Shown: piece after piece, positions 17,275 through 28,258 of the stretch
How positions within the stretch are numbered: position 1 is the first letter of the stretch
Layout: each line of letters opens with the position of its first letter
Assembly (NCBI GenBank): GCA_964016885.1
Contig: OZ024740.1
Span: 339,016,001 to 339,080,000 of the forward strand
Reading direction: 5' to 3'
Length of the DNA: 64,000 nt
DNA from: Eledone cirrhosa
Lineage: Eukaryota
Translations under genes and position numbers: made by a program
Notes under the pieces: model-generated
Seen by the model: the letters and a program-made list of their open reading frames with translations, nothing else
Databases searched by the model: none
What the model was told of the DNA's origin: nothing

Positions 17275-18428
17275 ATTTAATACAATAACAGAGATAGTTT
17301 AAAGCTAAACTCTGACTGGTAACCATCTCACTCAACAAACATTAGGTTATATTAAAATATAGACCCAATTTAAGTGTTTCGGGTGCTAACAATATGTATA
17401 ATGTGGAAAAACCAGTTGTATTATTTTATGAGATATAATTAAAGTTAAAGTATATCTCTCTTTCCAAACAATTGTTTCATTATAAGTTTTCTACAAGTTT
17501 GGGACAATGTTTCCAGTTTATGTAGAAGCCTAATATATATTCATGTAAGAATATATTTAGGTGGGCACTTATAAATCATCAGTGGAAGCCCATTAAACAT
17601 TGATACAAGAAAACAATTTCTTACCGCTGTCAAAATCATGTCCGTAAAGTTGGTCTCTCTCACCTCGAATGACCGCCAAATTTGAAATTCCAGCAGTTTT
17701 TGACTGAGGAAGTATCATAGCGACACGAAGCGGGAAGGGGAGACAACCCACGAAATGAGGAAAAAAAAATAATAATATACACGCGGGTTAATTAGTTTTT
17801 TTGAAAACATTATCAATCCAACGTGTTTAAGAACTCAATTGAAAATAAAAAAATAAATATATGTTTGTATAAATTACACACGCATATAGATATTTTCTTA
17901 GGCTAAATCAGAAGTTGTACCCGAATAAGAACCGCTTCTCATAACCGCAGTAAATGCAGAAAGTTATGCTATAAAGGGCAAATGGGAATATAATTCTCCG
18001 GCCGAATTATTAAGAGTAAAATATAAAACACACGCGGGTTAATTAGTTATTTCAAAACCAATATTAATTCCTTGTGTAAAGAACTCAATTAATAAAAGAA
18101 GATAAATACATATATGCATGTAATTATATACCTAGGCATAGATATATATTTTCCTAGGCAAAAAAACAGAGAAGTTACAACCCCAAAAAGCCACAATATT
18201 TCACAACAGTAATAAATACGGAAAGTCAAATTCATAAGGTACCTGGAAATAAACACCTCTGGCCATTCAAGAGTAAATATTTAATACAATAACAGAGATA
18301 GTTTAAAGCTAAACTCTGACTGGTAACCATGTCACTCAACAAACATTAGGTTATATTAAAATATAGACCCAATTTAAGTGTTTGGGGTGCTAACAATATG
18401 TATAATGTGGAAAAACCAGTTGTATTAT
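17275..18428 (-). mobile_element. Non-coding ~1-kb HHR element (family F) with ~145-bp terminal direct repeats
   Basis: 17281 and 18285 begin the same ~145 bp (offset 1004); internal diverged ~250-bp tandem pair (17779, 18030); no ORF; TA-rich flanks. Confidence 0.7.
17462..17587 (-). ncRNA. Type I hammerhead with 81-nt insertion in helix II (family F)
   Basis: ttcca-CTGATGA-t ttataag [81 nt] cttataa t-GAAA-caattg-TT-tggaa. Confidence 0.8.
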
Positions 18429-18594
18429 TATATAAATATATATATATATAAATATATGTATATATAAATATATATATGTAAATATATATATATATATATA
18501 AATATATATACATATATATATATAAATATATATATATATAAATATATAAATATATATATATATAAATATATATATATATAAATATATATATAAA

Positions 18595-18920
18595 TATAAT
18601 GTAGGAGGTGAGTTTTATTGTAGTACAATAAAGCAATGCAGATATCGGATAAGAAGCACTCTACAGTTTGTGGGACTGGAGTATACATAATATATAAGAA
18701 CAAAAGATGGTTAAAGGAGTTCCATGTATTTTATTATGCGCATTTCAAAAAGAAATATCATCATGCAATAATATTTGTGTTTTCATCAGATAAAACAGGA
18801 GGACATGATATGAAGGCTAAAAACACTTGTGGATAGTTCAGTTTTAAATCAACATATGAGAAGTAGTTTTAGATTGATGTGTGATATTGGGAAAAATATT
18901 TTATTTAGAGGGGGGGGGGG
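18595..18920 (-). mobile_element. Family B pLTR with hammerhead at 18728-18796
   Basis: Matches the reverse complement of 8720-9040; CTGATGA..GAAA-tgcgca-TA-ataaaat on minus strand. Confidence 0.88.
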
Positions 18921-21493
18921 ATACTCTGTCTCTTTGGATGTAGCCAGAGAACTGCATGCGGTTGATGAAGTGTTGGATGTGTCTTTCAATTTCTGTTGGA
19001 TCTCACATGCTGGACACATTCTTCATCACTCGTACCAAATCTGCGATCAGAATATTAAACCTAGCACTACTGGACATTGCTGAGTTTTTGAGTATCAGGT
19101 ATTTGGAGGCCATGGGTTTAGCATAGTGTGAGTGGAGAATTTGGGCTCTCTCGTCTATAGTGTTAATCCAGAGTTCTGTGTCTAATACAAGTAGTCTATT
19201 GTTAGGGTGTTTGGAAGGGAAGTTGATAGTTACAGTTATACTCTGGTGTATGGAATTAGCTATCTGCTGGATGCTTTCCATCGTGCTACGTTCTAAATCA
19301 AACTTGTTAGTGCTCTCTAGTGGGGGTGTTCTTATAACTATATTGATATCGTCTACATAACGAGAGTACATGATGAGGTCTATGGAGCTCTCATTAAGGA
19401 GATCTTTAAGTCTCCTTTCCCACTATACCATGAAAAGGTTGGCAACATCACCAGCTATGCTGACGCCGATGGCTGCTCCCTCATTTTGGGTGTAGATCTT
19501 CTCGTTGAACTTAAATATGTGGCCCTTTAGGGTAGTTTTGATACTAGCCCCTATTGCATGTGCGACCATTTTTCTTACCTGATCATTGTTTTGGGGGGTC
19601 CGTATAGCTTTGGTCCACCCTATCCACCTTCCCATGGGAGTCTTTTTTGCCATTGAGGTTATGGTGGGGGGTCTACCTCTTATAGGTCGACTAGGGCAGA
19701 AACATCTAAGGTCATGGCTGTCTAGGTAGTCAGTGTCGTAGGTAAGTCTAAATAGGAGGCCCAGTTCGTCTGTGTCGACGTCGCAGAACTCCACCTCACT
19801 CTCAATGATCATCTCCACACATCTTTTCACAGCAAAATCAATGTTAATGGATGGGTACAGTGACACCACATCCATGCTGCCTATTATGCAGTTGGATAGG
19901 CTCCTGTTTTTGTTGCACTCACTGATTCTGCTGAGGAGGTCCTCTGTACTGTCACATACATCTGGGGACATCTTGATTATGGGGCGTATAACCATTGAGA
20001 GGAAGTAGTAGATCCTGTAGTTGGTAGTTATATTAACTCCGCATACGGGTCTTGTTGGTGGTCCTGTTGTCGGGTCGTCGACTGTCTTGTGGTCTTTGCG
20101 GAGCCCATTCAAGGGTGGTATGCCATTGTTAGACGCCTGGAAGTTGTTGGCAGTGCGTCTGCTTGGCTTTAGGATATCAGTCCACATCATCATGTGAGCG
20201 TTGAGGATTTTCTCTCTCCCATCGTGTGTTTGTTGTGCAATTTCGCTCGTGTTGGTGATGTGGGGTTGCATAGCCTCGATGTAGTTCGGCATGCTATCTA
20301 TTGACATCCTACCAGACTTATCTGTGGGTAGACACACTACCTCACCATCCCTTGTGCGCTGCTTGAGGCTAACCAAGCCTTCTACAGGTTTTCTCCCAAG
20401 TTGTTGGGCCTCTGGTCTGCTCTGTCTCTTAGTATACCTGTCTACTATTTGTCTAATCTTATTTCTAGCTATGGTGAATTGTGCCTCTATCTCGTCATCT
20501 ATTTGTTGTGGTATGCAAACTCTTTTATTAAAGGGTAACCTCGTAGGATAGATATTACCCATCTTATATATTTTGTCAGCTGGGTTGAAAAACAGTTTCT
20601 CTAAGGGTTGTCATTATATCTATCGTAATAGTTGTGTGTGTTGCTATTATTGTTATCATGTTGGTTGTTGTTGTTTCTATCATTAGCATTATTATTATTG
20701 TTATGATTGCTAGATGTATTGTTGTTTACTTCACCGTTATTGTTGTTGTTGTTACTGTTATTTCTACCATTGTGGTTGTTACTTTTATTATGTTTCTTGT
20801 TTTTGTTGTGTCTATCATTGATGTTGCTACATGTACTATTTCCATTATTACCACTGTGGTTATTGTTGTTGTTCGTATTGTTACCGTTATTACTACTGTG
20901 GTCGCTGCTGCTGTGTCTGTGGTTAATGTTTCTATTATTATTGTTATTGTGGTTGTTGTTGTTCTGTCTATCGCTAGTATTATTACCATTATCACTATTT
21001 CTCAGTTTCCTGCTATTGTTATAGTTATGGCTGTTATTTCTATACTCAGAGTTATTGTTTATATTACTACTACCGTTATTATTGTTGTTGTTGTTGTTGT
21101 TTACCTTTGCATTCCAACGTATTTTTGTGAAACACTTTTCCAGCTCCGTTTTGCACTCCATAGGGTTAATCTTTTTGTAGATGGCAAATTTTGGTGGTAA
21201 CCACAGGATTTGTTGTTCTTGTTCACTGATTAAAGTGTTCCCATAGATATTTACTGTGTGGTCATTGGTAAATTCTTCCGGTAGTTTTACATCAGTCATA
21301 CGGATATTGTTGATGTTATCTGAGTATTTTTGAGAATATTCGATTTTCCATTCTTGTAGTTTTTTCTTATTCATCCATTCTAATTTCTTATTGAAATGCC
21401 TATTGCATTCGTTTCGAGCGTATTTCGTTTCACGTCGGATGACGCTCATGAAGTTATCCCTCTCGTTTGGTGTGATGAGATTTCGGATTTCCT
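18921..21493 (-). pseudogene. PLE (family D, paralog of family C) RT region truncated at both ends
   Basis: LPPKFAIYKKI, poly-Asn, PTDKSGRM, SMDVVSLYPSI, QNEGAAIG, YSRYVDD; internal stops. Confidence 0.9.
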
Positions 21494-21532
21494 AAATATA
21501 TATATAAATATATATATAAATATATATATATA

Positions 21533-22520
21533 GACCTAGAAGAAATAGATCCCGTCGCATTATATGGCATAACCCACCATATAATATGGAGGTGGCCACA
21601 CCATTAGCTAAGATCTTTCTATCCCTTATTACGAAGCATTTTCCCCCTACACATAAATATAGTAACATTTTTATAGAAATACTATTAACATTTCTTACTC
21701 AGCGACTCCTAAACTTGCACATAACATCACAGCTTCAAATTTAGCTAAACTACCTAGCCATAGGAACACGTGCAACGCTGTAATTAGTACTAACTGTAAT
21801 TGTAGGAATCGGGTTGATTGCCTCCTATCCTGGAAATGCCTCTCTAGTAACATTGTCTACAAATGTAAGGTTGAAACACCCACGTCCCGTAGGGCCTACA
21901 TAGGGTTAACCGCCAATAGATTCAAGCAGCGTCTTTACATGCATACCCATTCTTTTCGGTACCCTCTAAGAAGGAATATGACGTCACTTTCAGCTTATAT
22001 CTGGAGTCTAAAAGACAACCATACCCAATATAAGTTACACTGGGAGATCCTAGCTAGGGCTAGATCGTATAACAGAAATAAAAGACCATGTGACCTCTGC
22101 GCCGCTGAGGCCCTGGAAATACTCTACGCCACAAACAACATCTTAAACAAAAAATCTGAGGCAATTTCGGCTTGTAAACATAAATTGCACAAACTTTCCT
22201 GTATTACAGCCCCACATTATACCCTAACGGATAGTACGATCTATACGTGGATATTTTACGTCTTGATGTGGTAGCTAAGTATATGTTATATTTATACCAT
22301 TACTTATTTGCATAGGTAAGTATATATAACCTGTATGTTTTGTGAAGGTACGTATTCTTTCTCGTACGTATATTTGATTGTATATGTTATGGCCCGGTTG
22401 CAACGTTTTTTGAAATATTCACTTCTGCGTTTACAGATTGACTTTGTCAGTTTCAGAAAATCCCGTTAAGGTTGAAAGCAGCGATTCTTTGCTTAAACTT
22501 TAATCTGTTATTTTCATAAA
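21533..22520 (+). pseudogene. PLE 3' fragment (GIY-YIG) with 3' UTR
   Basis: IIWHNPPY..KHFPPTHKY..CNC..NIVYKCKV..YIGLT..FKQRLYMH..CDLCAAE. Confidence 0.82.
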
Positions 22521-22563
22521 TATATATATATAAGATCAAAAGATGGTTAAAAGAATTCCATGT

Positions 22564-22632
22564 ATTTTATTATGCGCATTTCAAAATCAAATATCATCAT
22601 GTAATAACATTTGTGTTTTCGTCAGATAAAAT
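22564..22632 (-). ncRNA. Type I hammerhead (family B)
   Basis: attttat-CTGACGA..GAAA-tgcgca-TA-ataaaat on minus strand. Confidence 0.87.
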
Positions 22633-25600
22633 AGGAAGACATGATATGAAGGTTAAAATACACTTGTGAATAGTGCAGTTTTAAATCAACATATGAAAAG
22701 TAGATTTAGATTGATGTGTGATATTGGGGAAAAAAATGTTTGAGGTGGGGGGGAGGTTGGAAAGGATGAAAAAGAGGAGGAGATGAGAGTAAAAAGTGGA
22801 GGGGGAGGAGTATAATGAGGAAGGATGAGATAGGAGGAGAGATGGGTGATAGAGAGAGAGAGATAGCTTTTATAACTGAGAAAAAATATATTGTTTTACA
22901 TAGAGAGGTTGAAAAACCGTTGGAAGATAATATATAAATTAAAAGAATTTTAAAATGAACGAAGAGAAAAATAATGTTAAGTTAAGGTTTGTATACTGAA
23001 GGGTTTAATAATATGTGTGATGAAAGGAAATTGTTAATATGTATTAAGAATAATATTTAAGGGTTTAATAATATGTGCGATGGAAATAAATTGTTGATAT
23101 GTATTATTTAAAAGAATATAAAAATATAGCAATAGTAATGTAAATAAGGATATATTGTGAAAGAAGTAGAAGATAGCATGAATAAGTTAGATGGGCATGA
23201 AAGGGAGAAAAAATAATGAATTGAGGATGAATAATCTAACGTCACATAAAAAATGTTTATGTTTACAAAGGATTTTTTCAAGGTGATATACAGTAAGAAT
23301 ATATTGTGCTAATAATTGTTTCTATGTTAGGCACAACGAGAAAAGGTACACGATTAGGGGTTAGAAATTAAAAGAAAAAGAAAAAGATAAAAAGAAAGGA
23401 AAGGAAAAAGAAAGAAAGGGAAGTTATAAATAGGAGTGATATAGAATGAGTAACTAGTATTATATAATGTATAATGAATAACTTTGAAATAAGGTAGAAA
23501 GATGGGTATATTTTTAAAGAAATATATATGTATATAAAATTATTTAAAAAATAATGAATAAACAAAGAAATTTCACTACATATATGTATATATATATATA
23601 TGTGTGCCTTTGAGAAAAGGATTTTAAATTGATAAAGTATTAGATATTAACTTTATACTTTATGGAATGTTCTGTGGAATTTATGCAAGCAGAGAGAAAA
23701 CAAGTCAGTGCGTCTATTTATTATAGAATCTAAATTAGATATAATGGTAAATTTTTCATTTAAACAGAGATTGCATGTCTTGAATAGAGAACTGTTCAAG
23801 TATAGAGAAGCAGAGGAAACCTTTTCCAAGAGATGTTGTATTTAATATTTGTGTCTTTCAAGGACCATATGAGTTCTGAGAGTGCCGTGTTGGTTCTTTT
23901 AAGTTGGTATTTAAAAGACGAATGATGATTATAAAGACGAGCTTTAAAGGAGGTGGAAGTGGAGCCAAAATAGGTGAAGGAATTCGTGTCAGTTATAACT
24001 TTACATTCGTAGATTAAGTTTTTTTCCAGACAATGGTTGTTGAGAGGACATTTATTTTTAACAGGGCAATTGCAATTGCGATTAGAGAGATTGGCAGAGT
24101 TATTAACAAGTGACCTAGTGTTATCTATAGAAGGAATTGGATTGGAGAAGTTATTTACGATAGGAATACTAGTTTCTTGATTTAGAATGGGATTAATAAC
24201 ATTTAGCGAGGTTGCGTTTGACGTTGTATTGGGGTTTGCAGAAATTAGCCTAGAGTTTACAATGACATCGGGAGTACTATTACTATTATTATGATATTCA
24301 GTGTTGGAAGGAAGAGATTTAGTATTTAGTATTTTATTGTTGTGTTTAGAGATAATGTTGGAAATGTTGGAGGAGGTCGAATTGGAAAATTTTATAGTGT
24401 GCTTGTTAAATATTTTACTATAGATATGTGAGGGAGGGAAGCATTTATTTAAGGCACTAAAGAATAATTTAGGAATATTATTATTAATATTGGAAAAAGG
24501 TTTCTTCTGCTTAATATTGAAAAAGGTTTCTTCTGCTTAATATTGGAAAAAGTTTTCTTCTGCTTCTACATACTCGAACAGTTCTCTATCCAAGACATGC
24601 AATCTCTGTTTAAATGAAAAATTTACCAATATATCTAATTTAGACTCTATAATAAGTAGACGCACTGACTTGTTTTCTCTCTGCTTGCATAAATTCCACA
24701 GAACATTCCATTAAGTATACAGTTAATATCTAATACTTTATCAATTTAAAATCCTTTTCTCAAAGGCACATATATATATATACATATATATTTCTTTAAA
24801 AATATACCCATCTTTCTACCTTATTTCAAAGTTACTTATTATACATTATATAATACTAGTTACTCATTCTATATCACTCCTATTTATCACTTCCCTTTCT
24901 TTCTTTTTCTTTTCCTTTCTTTTTTTCTTTTTCTTTTTCTTTTTCTTTTAATTTCTAACCCCTAATCTGTACCTTTTGTCATTGTGCCTAACATAGAAAC
25001 GATTATTAACACAATATATTCTTACTGTATATCACCTTGAAAAAATCCTTCGTAAACATAAACATTTTTTTTTTACGTTAGATTATTCATCCTCAATTCA
25101 TTATTTTTTTCTCCCTTTCATGCTCATCTAACTTATTCATCCTACCTCTACTTCTTTCACGATATATCCTTACTTACATTACTATTGCTATATTTTTATA
25201 TTTTTTTTAATAATACATATCAACAATTTCTTTCCATCGCACATATTATTAAACCCTTAAATATTATTCTTAATACATATTAACAGTTTCCTTTCATCAC
25301 ACATATTATTAAACCCTTCAGTATACAAACCTTAACTTAACATTATTTTTCTCTTCGTTAATTTTAAAATTCTTTTAATTTATATATTATCTTCCAACGG
25401 TTTTTCAACCTCTATGTAAAACAATATATTTTTTCTCAGTTATAAAAGCTATCTCTCTCTCTCTATCACCCATCTCTCCTCCTATCTCATCCTTCCTCAT
25501 TATACTCCTCCCCCTCCACTTTTTACTCTCATCTCCTCCTCTTTTTCTTCCCCCCCCCCTCAACATTTTTTTTTTCCAATATCACACATCAATCTAAAAC

Positions 25601-25670
25601 TATTTTTCATATGTTGATTTAAAACTGCACTATTCACAAGTGTATTTTAACCTTCATATCATGTCTTCCT

Positions 25671-25739
25671 ATTTTATCTGACGAAAACACAAATGTTATT
25701 GCATGATGATATTTGTTTTTGAAATGCGCATAATAAAAT
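25671..25739 (+). ncRNA. Type I hammerhead (family B)
   Basis: CTGACGA 25678-25684, GAAA 25721-25724, tgcgca-TA-ataaaat. Confidence 0.87.
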
Positions 25740-26299
25740 ACATGGAACTCTTTTAACCATCTTTTGATCTTATATATTATTCATACTCCAGTCCTACAAA
25801 CTGTAGAATGCTTCTTATCCGATATCTGCATTGCTTTATTGTACTACAATAAAACTCACCTCCTACATATATATATATATATATGCATATGGCTTGCTTC
25901 CGCACCAAATTTCACTCGAAAATTATTTCTTGAGTACATTAGCACAAGAAACTCCATATTGGAATCAAATCCAGCCCCGTGTCGTAGTAGAATGAGCTTT
26001 ATAATCAAACCACGAAGCAACTTCTTACAGCTAAATAGACTATACCTAATTATGGTATCCACTTACACCTAGCTAATTTTTACGTATATTACTGGTGTAG
26101 CTGCTTACAATCGGGTAGTTATACAGTGGTATCTAATAACTACACCCGTTACTCACAACTGAGTATTTCTTTGTAGTATGTCCTATGCTTTCGCTAAGGG
26201 CATTAGGTGCCCATGTAATCATGATCAGACACAGATCTACCTCACTTGCTCCAGTGGAACACACAGAATGTGACAGATGTAAGTAGAAAGAGGTACACC

Positions 26300-26432
26300 A
26301 GTACTGAGCTGATATTTTCTTTATCGACCCTGAAAAAATGAAAGGCAAAATTGACCTCAGCGGGATTTGAACTCAAAATGGAGTGACCCGGAAAAATATC
26401 CAACACTCTAACAACTCTGCTAAATTGACGGC
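26300..26432 (-). mobile_element. tRNA-derived SINE fragment (related pieces at 55265-55350 +, 55958-56080 +, 58080-58155 -)
   Basis: B-box gagttcaaatccc followed by gaggtcaattttgcctttcat..gggtcgataaa; resembles octopus SINEs from memory. Confidence 0.7.
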
Positions 26433-27030
26433 CATGATAACCAATGCAATATCTATATACAGTTAGTTAGATTCGGCAGTCTTAGCCCCTCACACAATGA
26501 ACTCGCTGATCCTTTCGGGTGGTTATCCAGTACACAATCGATCCAATCATCAATATCTTTATTTCAGACAATAAATTTACTATTTTATTGATTCTTCAAA
26601 GGAAGGTCTTGTCCGAAACCTCAGAATGCTCTCCTCTTCACGCAAACATTTTTCATTTTTTTAAATGTATTGAAGTCATTTTGCCGGCAATCATCTTCAA
26701 CAAACTTCTTAAATTCTAACGGTTAGCTTTAATGTTTCCCCAGCTCAATATTTTCTTTTGTAAATGTAGACTTTGATCTGACATTTCTTTTATGACATAG
26801 ACAGAAGAGAAAAGCCAGGGTTTCTGAGATGTTTCAATTTCTTGTTTGCAGGTCCTCCTAACCAGGCTACATAGAGGAAGAAAGAAGAAACTACGATGTA
26901 TATATTTCTGCAGAAGGAAACGTATTGTCAAGGTGTCGTGTTATCCTCAGACCAGGTAGCTATTCTAAATACTTGCAACAAAGTTAACTCCGCTTGAAGT
27001 ACCCTAGAATCATGTTTAGAATTACATCTG

Positions 27031-27223
27031 CAGACCTGCCAACCTCTAAAAGCCCAAAACAGGAGTACCATGAAAAAAGTGCCCAAAACGGGCAGAAATG
27101 AGGCAAAATGGGAAGATTTTACATAGTGAAAGCTATACCCCTTTTCACAAGAGAAGACATCACTAAACCACCCCAAAGTGGGTGGGAGATCTCCCCGTCA
27201 GACGTGTAGAGTTGACAGGTCTG
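27031..27223. mobile_element. MITE with cagacctgccaac TIRs
   Basis: TIR cagacctgccaac / gttgacaggtctg; second copy at 37764. Confidence 0.8.
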
Positions 27224-27589
27224 AATCTGTTTTCAACTTACAGGTTCATCGAGCTTGAACTTATCCTGGTATTATGAGACGTTAATCAGCTGACAGTACA
27301 AGACAGCAGTTCATCAGTTCGTCGCAAGGTTGAGCCACTGTTGCTATTCATTTTCTTCAGCTAAGTGGATTAGATCAATTTGAAATGACGTACCTTTCTC
27401 TTAACCAAAGTCTGATAATCGAACTCACGATCTTACGAACATGATCCTAACACCCTGGCCACTAAGTCTCCTGGTGGAACTAGTGAAAAGCCCCCCGCCC
27501 TCAATAATTATATTTTCTCCCCAAACTACCAAAACAAATCTATTTTTATATGCGCTTATGTACAATTTATGTATGTACATGTTATGTAG

Positions 27590-28010
27590 AGACAGATGGG
27601 AGAGATAAATATAGATATAGAGAGGGGGAGAGTTTGGTAGTAATTGGTATTGAGAGGAGGGGTGGGAGATATACATATATATATATCTATATATGTATAT
27701 GCAAGCCATATACATATATAGATATAGAGAGGGGAAGAGATTGGTGTTTATTGATATAGAGAGAGGAATTTGAAGAGAGTTCCGTGCAGTAGATATAGAG
27801 AGGGTGAGAGTTTTGTGTTACTTGATATAGAGAGGGGGTTGGGAGAGTAAGTTGTATGGTTGATGTAGAGAGAGGGATAATTTGGTGGTAATGAATAGAG
27901 GGAGGGGGTTGATAGAGGTAGGTATTGATAGACATAAGAGGGGGGAGAGTTTGATAGTGATTGATATAGTGAGAGAGAATGAGAGAGTGCTGTATGGTAG
28001 ATATATATAA
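27590..28010. repeat. GA-rich degenerate minisatellite, continuing at 33745-34230 and split by the Tx1 insertion
   Basis: Recurrent gatatagagagggg..gagttt units on both sides of the LINE. Confidence 0.75.
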
Positions 28011-28258
28011 ATTTCTATTTATTTGCCACCAGGGCATCAAAGATTGGGACAAATACAAAGAGGGGAGTTTACATACATTTAAAAAGACGTGTAAAAAACA
28101 TATAACAAATTAAATTTAACAATCGATGTCCTCAATAGCGAGGGGCAAGGGCGTTGACATGGGTCGCACCCCCCCCCCCGAAAAAATGTGCAACCACCCT
28201 CTTCAGGAGCACAAAGAGCGGGTGCTTCCTTCCTCTTCTCATTCTTCTCCTCTCTCAC

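Larger units (their letters stand above)
22530..25866. mobile_element. Family B fold-back: minus copy 22530-24490 and plus copy 24540-25866
   Basis: ~1.25-kb inverted arms homologous to 6125-8050; GIY-YIG remnants. Confidence 0.88.

Noticed and set aside
22445-22495. cagaaaa..GAAA hammerhead-like remnant after the GIY-YIG fragment
   Set aside because: Two core mismatches and no convincing helix I.
26700-26960. Possible host exon with AG/GT boundaries
   Set aside because: No recognisable protein and no consistent exon chain.
28150-28215. CTGAAGA plus hairpin in the Tx1 3' UTR (similarly CTGAGGA at ~36630 and ~61255)
   Set aside because: No GAAA..UH half follows.
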